Source: a virus. From it: a stretch of DNA of 64,000 bases. Below, in pieces: positions 39,613-48,628 of this stretch (position 1 is the first letter of the stretch; each line of letters opens with the position of its first letter). Made by a program: the position numbers and the translations under genes. Under the pieces are notes generated by a model, which saw only the letters and a list, made by a program, of their open reading frames with translations, was not told where the DNA came from and ran no database searches. The stretch covers positions 24,808 to 88,807 of IMG/VR virus record IMGVR_UViG_3300020442_002322; one strand, 5' to 3'.

Positions 39613-40038
39613 ATGCATTGGACTTATCAAGACAAACAAGTAGATACTATTTCAGAAGAATATGAAGGATTTGTTTATCTTATTACCAATACAACAACTG
39701 GGCAAAAATATGTAGGCAAAAAACTTGCAAAATTTAAAACTACAAAACCACCCTTAAAAGGCAGAAAAAATAAAAGACGAGGCTACAAAGAAAGCGACTG
39801 GAGAGACTATTGGGGATCTTCAGATAGGCTACAAGAAGATGTAGACAAGTTAGGCCCAGACAAATTTACAAGAGAAATACTTTATTTTTGCAAATCACGT
39901 GCAGAAATGAGTTACATAGAGGCTAGAGAGCAATTTGACCGCCGTGTATTAGAGACGGATGAGTATTATAACGGTATTATTAATGTTAGAGTTGGCGGTT
40001 CTGACAAATTGCGCAAGGCATTATTAGAAAACAAGTAG
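39613..40038 (+). CDS. Stand-alone GIY-YIG family endonuclease
   Basis: GFVYLITN...KYVGKK...YWGSS...FTREIL...E...YYN pattern; no appended DNA-binding domain. Confidence 0.75.
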   Translation: MHWTYQDKQVDTISEEYEGFVYLITNTTTGQKYVGKKLAKFKTTKPPLKGRKNKRRGYKESDWRDYWGSSDRLQEDVDKLGPDKFTREILYFCKSRAEMSYIEAREQFDRRVLETDEYYNGIINVRVGGSDKLRKALLENK

Positions 40039-40044
40039 GCAAGC

Positions 40045-40390
40045 AAGGACACTGTTTGATCGAGGTTGCTCGATCCGCTTTGAGGTGTATCTTTACATCA
40101 GATTCTAGCGAGTCCATTAGGCTGTATGCTACAAAAACCCCTTAGCACTGGAACGAAGCGGGGGATATTACGGTGTAGCGTATATTTTAAGAATATACGG
40201 TATAGCGTAAGATGTCGATGTAGGTTGGGAAAGGTCAGAGCCCAGTAGCATAGTCAAATACCTACTTCCATGTCTCGGCTGGAGCGAACTCACATGAAGC
40301 TCAAGAGACGACGGAGCCGCTGTATAGGTTCCGTCTGACTGAAACAATCTACATGAAACTTAGACGCATTACTACGTAATGCGTATTTTC
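40045..40390 (+). ncRNA. Unclassified large structured RNA candidate (multiple stems, two predicted pseudoknots)
   Basis: GC-enriched part of a 464-nt intergenic region with at least 9 manually found helices (see findings). Strand is inferred from G-U pairs and context. Confidence 0.6.
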
Positions 40391-40465
40391 CATAATAAAC
40401 TACATCATTCATACGAAGTATTATAGTTTGAGCGTAAGCGAAAACTTGTTTCGTGTAACGAAACA

Positions 40466-40473
40466 CATAAATA
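40466..40473 (+). promoter_or_regulatory. T4-like late promoter (CATAAATA)
   Basis: 30 nt upstream of the 40503 start, immediately after a hairpin at 40447-40465. Confidence 0.55.
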
Positions 40474-40502
40474 CACTTATATAATACTTTAGGAAGTAAA
40501 AA

Positions 40503-41150
40503 ATGAAAGTTTATCAAATCACAGAAGAACGTGTTGACGAAAAACCTACAAGTGGCATTGCTAACTTTGGTAAAAAAGTTTTAGGTAAAGCCGCAGGTGC
40601 TGTAGGAATGAGTGGAACCGCTGGTAGAATGGGCGGAAGCGCAGAAGTTGGCAGTAAAGCAAACGAATTATACAAATCACTTGCAAGGTGGCAAGGTATT
40701 AACGGCAAAAATGACAAAAACATGACAGCCGCTGATCTTACAGCATGGGCAAACCAAGAAAAGTTGGATGTAAGAAAGATTACAATGCCTGATGGTATAC
40801 TTCCTAAGGCTAAACTAATGGATCTTGTGAAAAAAATCGCGGCCAGCGCCTTGACAGGCGGTAATGTGGGGCAAGATGCGCCCGCAAGCGGCGGTGCCGC
40901 ACAAGGTGGCGGAGCAATAAGCCAAGCAATTGGTGCATTACAAAAAAGCACAGGCAAACCTGGCAGTAATAATACTCCAGGTAACGCTGAGCCTGCGGCG
41001 GCAAGTCCACAGAGCCAAGCACAGCCGGCACAAGCACAAGCGGCAAATGTAAAACCAATGACAAACAAGCAGGGTATTCCACCTAACATACAAACTATGT
41101 TAGATAAACTTACTCCAACTGAGAAAAAAGCGTTAGCAGGAGCAATATAA
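40503..41150 (+). CDS. Hypothetical Ala/Gly/Gln-rich protein, possible internal head protein
   Basis: Late promoter; N-terminal MKVYQITEE resembles protease-cleaved I/L-x-E propeptides. Confidence 0.55.
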   Translation: MKVYQITEERVDEKPTSGIANFGKKVLGKAAGAVGMSGTAGRMGGSAEVGSKANELYKSLARWQGINGKNDKNMTAADLTAWANQEKLDVRKITMPDGILPKAKLMDLVKKIAASALTGGNVGQDAPASGGAAQGGGAISQAIGALQKSTGKPGSNNTPGNAEPAAASPQSQAQPAQAQAANVKPMTNKQGIPPNIQTMLDKLTPTEKKALAGAI

Positions 41151-43243
41151 TGAAATTAAGTGAAGTAACAAGTTATAATTTACGTTCTGCAACAATTTTA
41201 AACGAAGGTTGGCAGGATCTTACAGAATCACAAAGAATTTATGTAGGCCGTTGGGAAAAAGAACTATGGCCACTACTAGAACAGTACACAAAAGTTGCAG
41301 AAGCAACACTTACATCAGATCAAATTGATGCAATTTTCAAAGGTGCAGAAGCACAAGCAATGGCAAGCGGTAATAACAAGACTGCTCTTGGCAAAGGTGC
41401 TAGTGCGGCCGCGGCAGTTGCTAAACTTCCTGTTGATCTTGCAAAAGCAGTTGACAAAAAAATTAATGAACTAGGCAAATTAGCTCAAAATGCCGGACCT
41501 GTAAAAAATATGGATCAAAAGTTTGAGCAACTTAAGAAAGATATTACAGCAAAAAACAGCGACAGCAAAATTGTACAAGGTATACAAAAAGTAAGCGACT
41601 GGGCAAAAGAAAATCCAGGCAAAGCTAGTATTGCTGTAGGTATTCTAACAACTATTGCGGCTTTCGCAGGTGGTCCTGCAGGTGGTGCCGCGGCAGGTTT
41701 AGTATTACGTGCTTCAAAAGATTTATTACAAGGTGAAAAACTTTCAACAGCAGTTGGTAAGTCAGTCAAAACAGCGGCATATGGTGCTCTTGCTGGTATG
41801 GCGATCCAAGGTTTAACAGATAATATGATTGATAACATTGCAACTGGTAGTGAAGCAGAAGCAGAAGCAATGATGGACGCTTTTGAAAAAGCCAACTTCA
41901 ATGATGCAGTAGATGGCGCAATAGCAGATGCAGGATTTGATGCAGGTGTGCTTGATGGTGCTCAGAATTTAAAGATGTCTGGTAATATCAACGGGTTCTA
42001 TTACAATTATGATATGACAATGACTGCTGATCAAGTTGCACAATATAAAGCATTGGCTGATGCGGCGGCAAGTGCAGAAACATTTAGTCCAGAATATTAC
42101 AAAGCGGCAGGCGAACTACACGGATTTTTAGCAACAACACAACAAGCAAACGAAAACCTAACTGCTCTTGCACAAACAATTAAAGAAATTCCAAAAGATA
42201 TGCTTACAAGCGATCAAATAGAACAAGCGATTGCTGTTCTTGATAATGCAGATGAAGCAATTGAAAAAATTATGGACATTGGCGGCGCAACAGCGGCGGC
42301 GGCACAAGGTGCTATGGCAACAGTTGATGATAAAAACAAAGAAATGCACAAGGTCAAACCAATTGATCCAAAAGAAAAGGAACAACTTGAATTAGATCTT
42401 AAAGGTGGCAGTGATAAAAAAGAATCGCTGTCAATGGAAGAACGTTTTGAATTGTTTTTGATAGAAAAAGATCCTGCACAAGGAGAATTACCTCTCGATA
42501 ATCCAAACTCAATGGGTGCAAAAGCAAAGCGTGGAATTGGAAGTGCATTAGGTAAAGTAGGTGGCGCTATCAAAAAAGGTGCAGGTGCTGTGGCAGGCGC
42601 GGCTAAGAGCGCAGGAAAAGAATTAGGTAACAAAGTCACTTACAATAAACTAATGAAGTCATGGAAAGATGCAGGTAGTCCAACAGATTCAGCAAGTGTT
42701 ATGAATATTTTACAAGATGCAGGACTAAGCAACGATCAAATTACTACTATTGGTAAAGAAAACAAAGTAGATCTTAAACCTAAAACACAAGCAACAGCAG
42801 GTACACCTAGTACTGCAACACCTCAAGCAGGTGGTACACAAGCACAAGGTGGAGATGCACCAGCACAAGCAGGTGCCGCACCAACAGATGCACCAGCACA
42901 ATCACAGCCAGCAGGAAATGCAGAAGTTAAGCCTAGCACAATCAAAAAAGGCCAAACTATGAAAGCAAATGATGGTAATGAATACAAGTGGATGGGTGCA
43001 TTATGGGTAAACACTGCAACAAACAAACCAATTGGTATTATGCCTAGCATGAAAGCAGGCTTACCTAATCCTAAACTTGATCCAATCATTGCTGTAGCTA
43101 AAAAAGATCCAAAACTTGCAAAACTTATCAAACAACAAATTACAAGTAAAGGCGTTGAAGCAGGAACAGCAGGTGCGCAAAAAGCGGCACAAGCAGGTGT
43201 TAAAGGTACTGAAAAGTTAGACGCAAAGGGCGTTACTAAATAA
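41150..43243 (+). CDS. Hypothetical 697-aa helical protein, possible internal/ejection protein
   Basis: Coupled to the upstream gene; ILNE propeptide-like motif; hydrophobic Gly/Ala segments. Confidence 0.55.
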   Translation: MKLSEVTSYNLRSATILNEGWQDLTESQRIYVGRWEKELWPLLEQYTKVAEATLTSDQIDAIFKGAEAQAMASGNNKTALGKGASAAAAVAKLPVDLAKAVDKKINELGKLAQNAGPVKNMDQKFEQLKKDITAKNSDSKIVQGIQKVSDWAKENPGKASIAVGILTTIAAFAGGPAGGAAAGLVLRASKDLLQGEKLSTAVGKSVKTAAYGALAGMAIQGLTDNMIDNIATGSEAEAEAMMDAFEKANFNDAVDGAIADAGFDAGVLDGAQNLKMSGNINGFYYNYDMTMTADQVAQYKALADAAASAETFSPEYYKAAGELHGFLATTQQANENLTALAQTIKEIPKDMLTSDQIEQAIAVLDNADEAIEKIMDIGGATAAAAQGAMATVDDKNKEMHKVKPIDPKEKEQLELDLKGGSDKKESLSMEERFELFLIEKDPAQGELPLDNPNSMGAKAKRGIGSALGKVGGAIKKGAGAVAGAAKSAGKELGNKVTYNKLMKSWKDAGSPTDSASVMNILQDAGLSNDQITTIGKENKVDLKPKTQATAGTPSTATPQAGGTQAQGGDAPAQAGAAPTDAPAQSQPAGNAEVKPSTIKKGQTMKANDGNEYKWMGALWVNTATNKPIGIMPSMKAGLPNPKLDPIIAVAKKDPKLAKLIKQQITSKGVEAGTAGAQKAAQAGVKGTEKLDAKGVTK

Positions 43244-43466
43244 TTGGCATACCACTCTTTTTGGTGGCTTCCATATTTTCTTTAATAATATCTGAGATAA
43301 TTTTCTTATCTGAAGGTTCCAGAGCAAACGCTTCCTCAAGACTTATGCTACCACGCATGTACCAACATATTCTCATTAATTCCGCACGGATTTGTTTTGT
43401 CTGGCCTTCTAAGAGTTTTACTTCTTCAAGGATCTTGTCGACCGGCCAATCGGTGATCCTTATCCG
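43236..43466 (-). CDS. -1 frame extension of the gp26-like chaperone (gp51/gpT-like, 76 aa)
   Basis: Open -1 frame from the slippery site: RIRITDWPVDKILEEVKLLEGQTKQIRAELMRICWYMRGSISLEEAFALEPSDKKIISDIIKENMEATKKSGMPII*. Confidence 0.7.
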   Translation of the reverse strand, partial: RIRITDWPVDKILEEVKLLEGQTKQIRAELMRICWYMRGSISLEEAFALEPSDKKIISDIIKENMEATKKSGMPII

Positions 43467-43472
43467 AAAAAA
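43428..43472 (-). promoter_or_regulatory. Programmed -1 ribosomal frameshift signal (T TTT TTC plus downstream hairpin)
   Basis: X XXY YYZ heptamer at 43472-43466, in frame just before the stop; hairpin AAGGATC-ACCG...CGGT-cgacaa-GATCCTT begins 4-6 nt downstream. Confidence 0.7.
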
Positions 43473-44326
43473 TTTGATTGATCAAAAGTAATCGGAACTT
43501 CAAATGTTTCTGGAGCACCTGCTTTGAGTTGTTCTTCAGTGGATTTTACTTCCATCGGAGGAACGTCAAATTGTTTTTTCTGCTCATTAATATGAGTTTC
43601 TAGTGCTTTGAACAAACCTTTATCAGTGTTGTTTAGAAAGTCACTGATAAACGAAGGTTGTGTAACTTCTTCACCGTCTGGTGTTGTTATGTTAACAATG
43701 CTATTAGACACCATTCCAAATGTAATGTCTCTAATTTTATTAAAACTTTTATTAAAGTTTTCTAACTTTTCGTCTTCAGCCATTTCAGAACTATTAACAA
43801 TACTAAAGATTCTCTGTTCTTCAAATGTGCTAATGCTCATTCTTGAAAAAGTTTTGTAATCTAAAGGTTTGATTTTAATTTTAAGTTCGTTCCATTCTAA
43901 TTCATCAACAAAATTACTATTTGCATATCTATCTAAAATCTGTCTTAGATCGATTGTGTAATCTGCCGGCTCTTTAGTGTTTGGTGGAGTTGCTGTAACG
44001 TCCATCGACTCACCATATGTTGCTATGCGGATCGCAACAAGACAAGCATCGAGATCAAGCACAGGCATTTGCCATGCGTTTTTGATATTTGGAATACAAC
44101 TTTGAATTAAGTCAACAGTTGCCGCACCGTTTAATAGTGCGTCTGGTGTTTTTAATGTTAGTTCGTCTTTAGCAGTCATAGCAAAGACAGGAAGTTCGCC
44201 ATTTTCTGGCATTTCAAGAGCACCCTCAGGATACCAATGACCTTTGCTAGGCAATGCTAGGTAAATCTTAGGTTGTCTATAAAACTTCGTTAATGGGTTT
44301 GCACCCGCTGGTTTTATTTCTGGCAT
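43460..44326 (-). CDS. Baseplate hub / tail assembly chaperone (T4 gp26-like)
   Basis: RQPKIYLALPSKG...MTAKDEL.LKTPDALLNG...DLDACLVAIRIATYGE...PITFDQSNFF; adjacent to the tape-measure-like gene. Confidence 0.7.
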   Translation of the reverse strand: MPEIKPAGANPLTKFYRQPKIYLALPSKGHWYPEGALEMPENGELPVFAMTAKDELTLKTPDALLNGAATVDLIQSCIPNIKNAWQMPVLDLDACLVAIRIATYGESMDVTATPPNTKEPADYTIDLRQILDRYANSNFVDELEWNELKIKIKPLDYKTFSRMSISTFEEQRIFSIVNSSEMAEDEKLENFNKSFNKIRDITFGMVSNSIVNITTPDGEEVTQPSFISDFLNNTDKGLFKALETHINEQKKQFDVPPMEVKSTEEQLKAGAPETFEVPITFDQSNFFG

Positions 44327-44337
44327 AATTTTCTCCG

Positions 44338-44379
44338 CATAAATATACAGTATATCAGTATATATGACAATTATTTATA
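44338..44379. promoter_or_regulatory. Face-to-face late promoters: CATAAATA (plus, 44338-44345) and TATAAATA (minus, 44372-44379)
   Basis: Motif matches in the 80-nt divergent intergenic region. Confidence 0.6.
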
Positions 44380-44406
44380 TACGCACATAATAGGAACACA
44401 ACAGAT

Positions 44407-46863
44407 ATGGCAGGTCCTGTAAAAGGTACAATTGGTAACGAAGAAGTGGTATTAAATGATGCCGCAACCGAAACTACACTCCTAAAATTATTGGCCGCAG
44501 TGCAAAAAGGTGGAACTGGCGGTGGTGGCGCAGGCGGAGGCGGCTCTAAAGAAGCTCAGAAAAACCTTATGGCTATGGCTCAGCAAACTGGTAAAACCAG
44601 CAAAGAGCTTGAAGAATTTGAAGAAGTTGTAGAAGAAACAGGCAATGCCCTTACAAGAGGCTTTGGTCATGTGTTCCAAGGTATGCAAAATGTTGCCCTT
44701 GAGTTTATGGGCGGCAGTACAAGATTAAGTGAATTTAGTTCCCATATTACAGGCGTAATTAGTAATATTCCAATTATCGGTGGTGCTTTAGGTGGCACCA
44801 TGCAATTACTTACAAGCGTTTTAGATAATGCTGTAGATAGTTTTAGAGAATTATCTAATGTAGGTGTTGATTTTGGTGGTGGACTAATGGAAAACAGACT
44901 GATGGCTTCACGTGCAGGAATAAGCATGGAAGCATTTAATCAGACAATAGCCGCCAATGCTCCTCAACTTGCATTACTAGGAGGCAATGCCGCAACTGGT
45001 GCTAGAATGTTTGCGAGAGTAAGTGGAGAAGTACAAAAGAATCAAGCTCAATTTAGTAGACTTGGTTTAACAATGGAAGAAACTGCTGAAATGACAGCAG
45101 ATTACATGAAAATTCAAACTAGATTGGGTAGAGCACAACGTATGAGTGATGCTCAAATGGCCGCAGGTGCAAGCAATCTTGTATTAGAATTAGACAAATT
45201 ATCTAAAATAACAGGTAAGCAACGAGATCAACTTGCCGCAGAGATGGAAGCAAACATGATGGACGAAAGAATGAAGTTGATCATGGGTAGCATTAGTGAA
45301 AGTGCTCAAATGAGTATCAATGGAATTACTACTATGCTTGAAGCTGAGAATCCTAAACTTGCAGAAGGATTTAAGGAAATGGTTGCTACAGGTGGTGTAC
45401 CACTGAGTGCATTTGGACAAGACATGTTGCGTGTTAATCCAAGACTCGGAGAAATGATAGAAGGTTTGAAAAACAACACAGTTACGCAAGAAGAGTATAT
45501 GGCTGAAGTAAGAAGGGCGGCAGAGACAGTTAACAATATGTCAGATGCAGAAAGAGCTAATATATCAACTTTGGCCGCAATGGGTGAAGAAATTGGCGGA
45601 GCATCTATTGCATTCGCAGGTATGGAAAATGCTGGACTAGGAGCGGCTGAAGCAATGGACGCACAGAAACAAGCCGCTGAAAACAGAGACAGAGAATTAT
45701 TAAACTTTGAAAGTAGCATTCAAAAATTAAAGAACGCTATTATGGATACACTTATTAATACAGGTGTATTTGATGCATTTCAAAGTGCTATTAGTTCATT
45801 ATTAGGAGACGGTACATCTGGAGGAGTTACAGGATTAACAAACGCAATCAAACCAATTGCAGATTGGTTCAAGAGCTTCTTCTCAGACTTAGCTGGAGCA
45901 GAAAATCCAATGGATGTTATTAAAACATATCTGTCAGACGGACTTAGTAAACTAGGTGATATGATTATGCCTATGATTACAAGTGCATTTAGCGGAATTG
46001 GAGGTGCAATACTTGGAGCTATATTTGGCGGTGGTGGAGATGATAAAAAAGCATCTCCTGGAGCCGAAGGCGGCGAAGGTGGCGAAGAAAAAACCGGAGG
46101 CATGTTCAGCGGTATTGGTGATTCACTGTTAGGCTTTGTAAAACTTATTGGTGTAGGTGGTGCAATTTATGTAGGCTTTAAAGTATTCCAAAAACTACTA
46201 GCAGGATTTGCAAGTCCGGCTGTAGCGGCAGGTACTCTAGTAATTACAGGACTACTAGTAGGTACAGGTGCCGCAATAAACTTAGCAGGTAAAGGTATTG
46301 ATGCCGCAGGCGAAGGCGTCAAGAAAATGGCAGACGGCTTAGATCAAATGAGCCAAATTAAAGATGCCGCAAAACTTAAAGACATTGCAGGCGCACTTGG
46401 CGAAATGGGAACAGCAATGCTGTCACTAGGTGCAGGTAATGTGCTTGATAGTATCACAAGTTTCTTTGGTGCAAGCTCTCCATTTGAAAAAATGGTTGAC
46501 GGTATTAACGAATTTACAGGAGTAGATCCTGCGGCTCTAGCAAGTATGACAAGTTCAGCAGGAGCATTAAGTGGACTTAAGAGCTTTGCAGATGAGATTG
46601 ACAGTGCAAATGTTGACAAATTTGCTGATTCAATTGAAAAATTAGCAGAGTCTATGGAAGATCTTAATGATGCATACAGCGAAAGTTCAGGATTTTTTGG
46701 TAGAAATGCACCTGGCAGTCAGGAAATACTACAAGCAATTCAGTCTGGAGCGGAAAGCGGCAACGCAGGAGTAAATAGTAGTATGGGTAGATTGGTTGAA
46801 TTAATGGTAGAAAATAACACATTAACCAAGAGAATATTAGAAGCTACAGGTGACGGTGTTTAA
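44407..46863 (+). CDS. Tape-measure-like protein
   Basis: 818 aa, Ala/Gly/Met-rich and helical, with hydrophobic C-terminal segments; next to the frameshifted chaperone. Confidence 0.65.
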   Translation: MAGPVKGTIGNEEVVLNDAATETTLLKLLAAVQKGGTGGGGAGGGGSKEAQKNLMAMAQQTGKTSKELEEFEEVVEETGNALTRGFGHVFQGMQNVALEFMGGSTRLSEFSSHITGVISNIPIIGGALGGTMQLLTSVLDNAVDSFRELSNVGVDFGGGLMENRLMASRAGISMEAFNQTIAANAPQLALLGGNAATGARMFARVSGEVQKNQAQFSRLGLTMEETAEMTADYMKIQTRLGRAQRMSDAQMAAGASNLVLELDKLSKITGKQRDQLAAEMEANMMDERMKLIMGSISESAQMSINGITTMLEAENPKLAEGFKEMVATGGVPLSAFGQDMLRVNPRLGEMIEGLKNNTVTQEEYMAEVRRAAETVNNMSDAERANISTLAAMGEEIGGASIAFAGMENAGLGAAEAMDAQKQAAENRDRELLNFESSIQKLKNAIMDTLINTGVFDAFQSAISSLLGDGTSGGVTGLTNAIKPIADWFKSFFSDLAGAENPMDVIKTYLSDGLSKLGDMIMPMITSAFSGIGGAILGAIFGGGGDDKKASPGAEGGEGGEEKTGGMFSGIGDSLLGFVKLIGVGGAIYVGFKVFQKLLAGFASPAVAAGTLVITGLLVGTGAAINLAGKGIDAAGEGVKKMADGLDQMSQIKDAAKLKDIAGALGEMGTAMLSLGAGNVLDSITSFFGASSPFEKMVDGINEFTGVDPAALASMTSSAGALSGLKSFADEIDSANVDKFADSIEKLAESMEDLNDAYSESSGFFGRNAPGSQEILQAIQSGAESGNAGVNSSMGRLVELMVENNTLTKRILEATGDGV

Positions 46864-46875
46864 TAAGGAAAGATT

Positions 46876-48621
46876 ATGAGTTGGAAAAAATATTTTACAC
46901 CAGTGCCAACAGGCGATAATGTAGGAGGAAGTTTTAGTCCTCTAGGCGGGGGTCGTGGCGGTGGCTTGAACGCAGGACCTGCAAAAAGAAACTACAGTTC
47001 GTATCTTCCTGATGTATACGTAGGATCACCTAATCGTATTGAGCGTTATGGTCATTATAACACAATGGACCTTGATTCAGAAGTAAATGCGGCGCTTGAT
47101 ATCCTAGCAGAATTTTGTTCACAAAAGAACACACAAAACAAAACACCTTTCTTAATTGACTTCAAAAAGAAAGCAACAAACACAGAAGTTACTGTTCTAC
47201 AGCAGTATCTACAACAGTGGTGCAAACTACAAAAGTTTGAAACACGTATGTTTAAAATACTACGCAATACATTTAAGTATGGCGATCAATTTTTTATTCG
47301 TGATCCACAAACAAAAGAATTGTATCATGTAGATCCTGCAAACGTTACACGTATTATTGTAAACGAATCAGAAGGTAAAACTCCAGAACAATATGTTGTT
47401 AAAGATTTTAATTTAAATTTTAAAGATCTTGTAGCAACTACACCATTTGAAACAAATGGTAATGTTACAGGAGGAGGCGACGGATACATACAAGGCGGTG
47501 TGCGTGGAATGATCGGACAGTATCCAAAACAAAGCGGTAACCGTTTCCAAGAAGGCGAAGGCGAAGTTGCAGTTGATGCAAAAAATGTTTTACATCTTTC
47601 ATTAAGTGAAGGACTAGACAATAACTATCCATTTGGCAACTCATTATTAGAAACAATATTTAAAGTATACAAACAAAAAGAATTATTAGAAGATGCGATT
47701 ATTATCTATCGTGTCCAACGTGCGCCAGAGCGCAGAGTATTCTACGTTGATGTGGGCAACATGCCTTCACACCTTGCTATGCAATTTGTGGAGCGTGTAA
47801 AAACGGAAATACATCAAAGACGTATCCCATCGGCGACTGGTGGAGGCACAAATGTTATAGACAGCTCTTACAATCCACTGTCAATTAACGAAGATTACTT
47901 TTTCCCGCAAACTGCTGAAGGACGTGGTTCAAAAGTTGAAACATTACCAGGCGGTACTAACCTAGGAGAGATTGATGACCTTAGATACTTTACTAATAAG
48001 TTGGTACGCGGCTTACGTATCCCTTCTTCGTACTTGCCTACTGGAGCAGATGATAGTGCGGCACAATATAATGATGGACGTGTGGGGACAGCATATATTC
48101 AAGAACTACGTTTCAATACCTATTGTGAACGTTTGCAAAACTTACTAGCAGATGATCTTAACCAAGAATTTAAAAAGTATTTGTTGGAGAAAGGCATCAA
48201 CATTGATACAGCAATGTTTGACCTAAGATTCCAACCACCACAAAACTTTGCCGCATATAGACAAAGTGAAATTGATAATGCACGTATTCCAACGTTTACA
48301 CAAATGAGTGCTATACCTTATATTTCTAATCGTTTTGCAATGAAACGTTACTTAGGACTAAGTGAAGAAGAGCTTGCTGAGAACGAAAGATTGTGGCGTG
48401 AAGAAAATGATGAAAATATCAAACCACCACCAACAGATGCATCAGGCGAAATGCGTGGAGCAGGAGTTAGTGGTGCAGGTATTGATGCAGATATGGCCGG
48501 TATGGAAGACGAGACCGGCGAAGGTGAAGCGCCAGTTGACGGTGGAACAACTGACGCAGTAGATACAGCAACAGGAGGTGATGCAGGGGCGGCAGGCGCA
48601 AACACAGACGTCACTGTATAA
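46876..48621 (+). CDS. Portal protein (T4 gp20-like)
   Basis: LLEDAIIIYRVQRAPERRVFYVDVGNMP, EDYFFP..GRGSKVETLPGG.NLGEIDD..YF. Confidence 0.95.
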   Translation: MSWKKYFTPVPTGDNVGGSFSPLGGGRGGGLNAGPAKRNYSSYLPDVYVGSPNRIERYGHYNTMDLDSEVNAALDILAEFCSQKNTQNKTPFLIDFKKKATNTEVTVLQQYLQQWCKLQKFETRMFKILRNTFKYGDQFFIRDPQTKELYHVDPANVTRIIVNESEGKTPEQYVVKDFNLNFKDLVATTPFETNGNVTGGGDGYIQGGVRGMIGQYPKQSGNRFQEGEGEVAVDAKNVLHLSLSEGLDNNYPFGNSLLETIFKVYKQKELLEDAIIIYRVQRAPERRVFYVDVGNMPSHLAMQFVERVKTEIHQRRIPSATGGGTNVIDSSYNPLSINEDYFFPQTAEGRGSKVETLPGGTNLGEIDDLRYFTNKLVRGLRIPSSYLPTGADDSAAQYNDGRVGTAYIQELRFNTYCERLQNLLADDLNQEFKKYLLEKGINIDTAMFDLRFQPPQNFAAYRQSEIDNARIPTFTQMSAIPYISNRFAMKRYLGLSEEELAENERLWREENDENIKPPPTDASGEMRGAGVSGAGIDADMAGMEDETGEGEAPVDGGTTDAVDTATGGDAGAAGANTDVTV

Positions 48622-48624
48622 ATA
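48617..48624 (+). promoter_or_regulatory. T4-like late promoter (TATAAATA)
   Basis: Perfect consensus, 4 nt before ATG 48629. Confidence 0.65.
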
Positions 48625-48628
48625 CAAT

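Noticed and set aside
40045-40390. Group I intron, group II domain V, RNase P or tmRNA identity
   Set aside because: Only fragmentary resemblances (TCAGAG, ATAGTC, GAGCCG..GGTTC, GGAAAGGTC). No interrupted gene, no full domain V, no ACAGAA CR-V motif and no tRNA-like ends.
40290-40517. 75-aa minus-strand ORF
   Set aside because: Overlaps the hairpin region and the start of the next gene; no RBS or coding signature
43415-43462. Stop-codon read-through of the gp26-like gene
   Set aside because: Frame 0 closes again after about 13 codons; the -1 frame explains the region better
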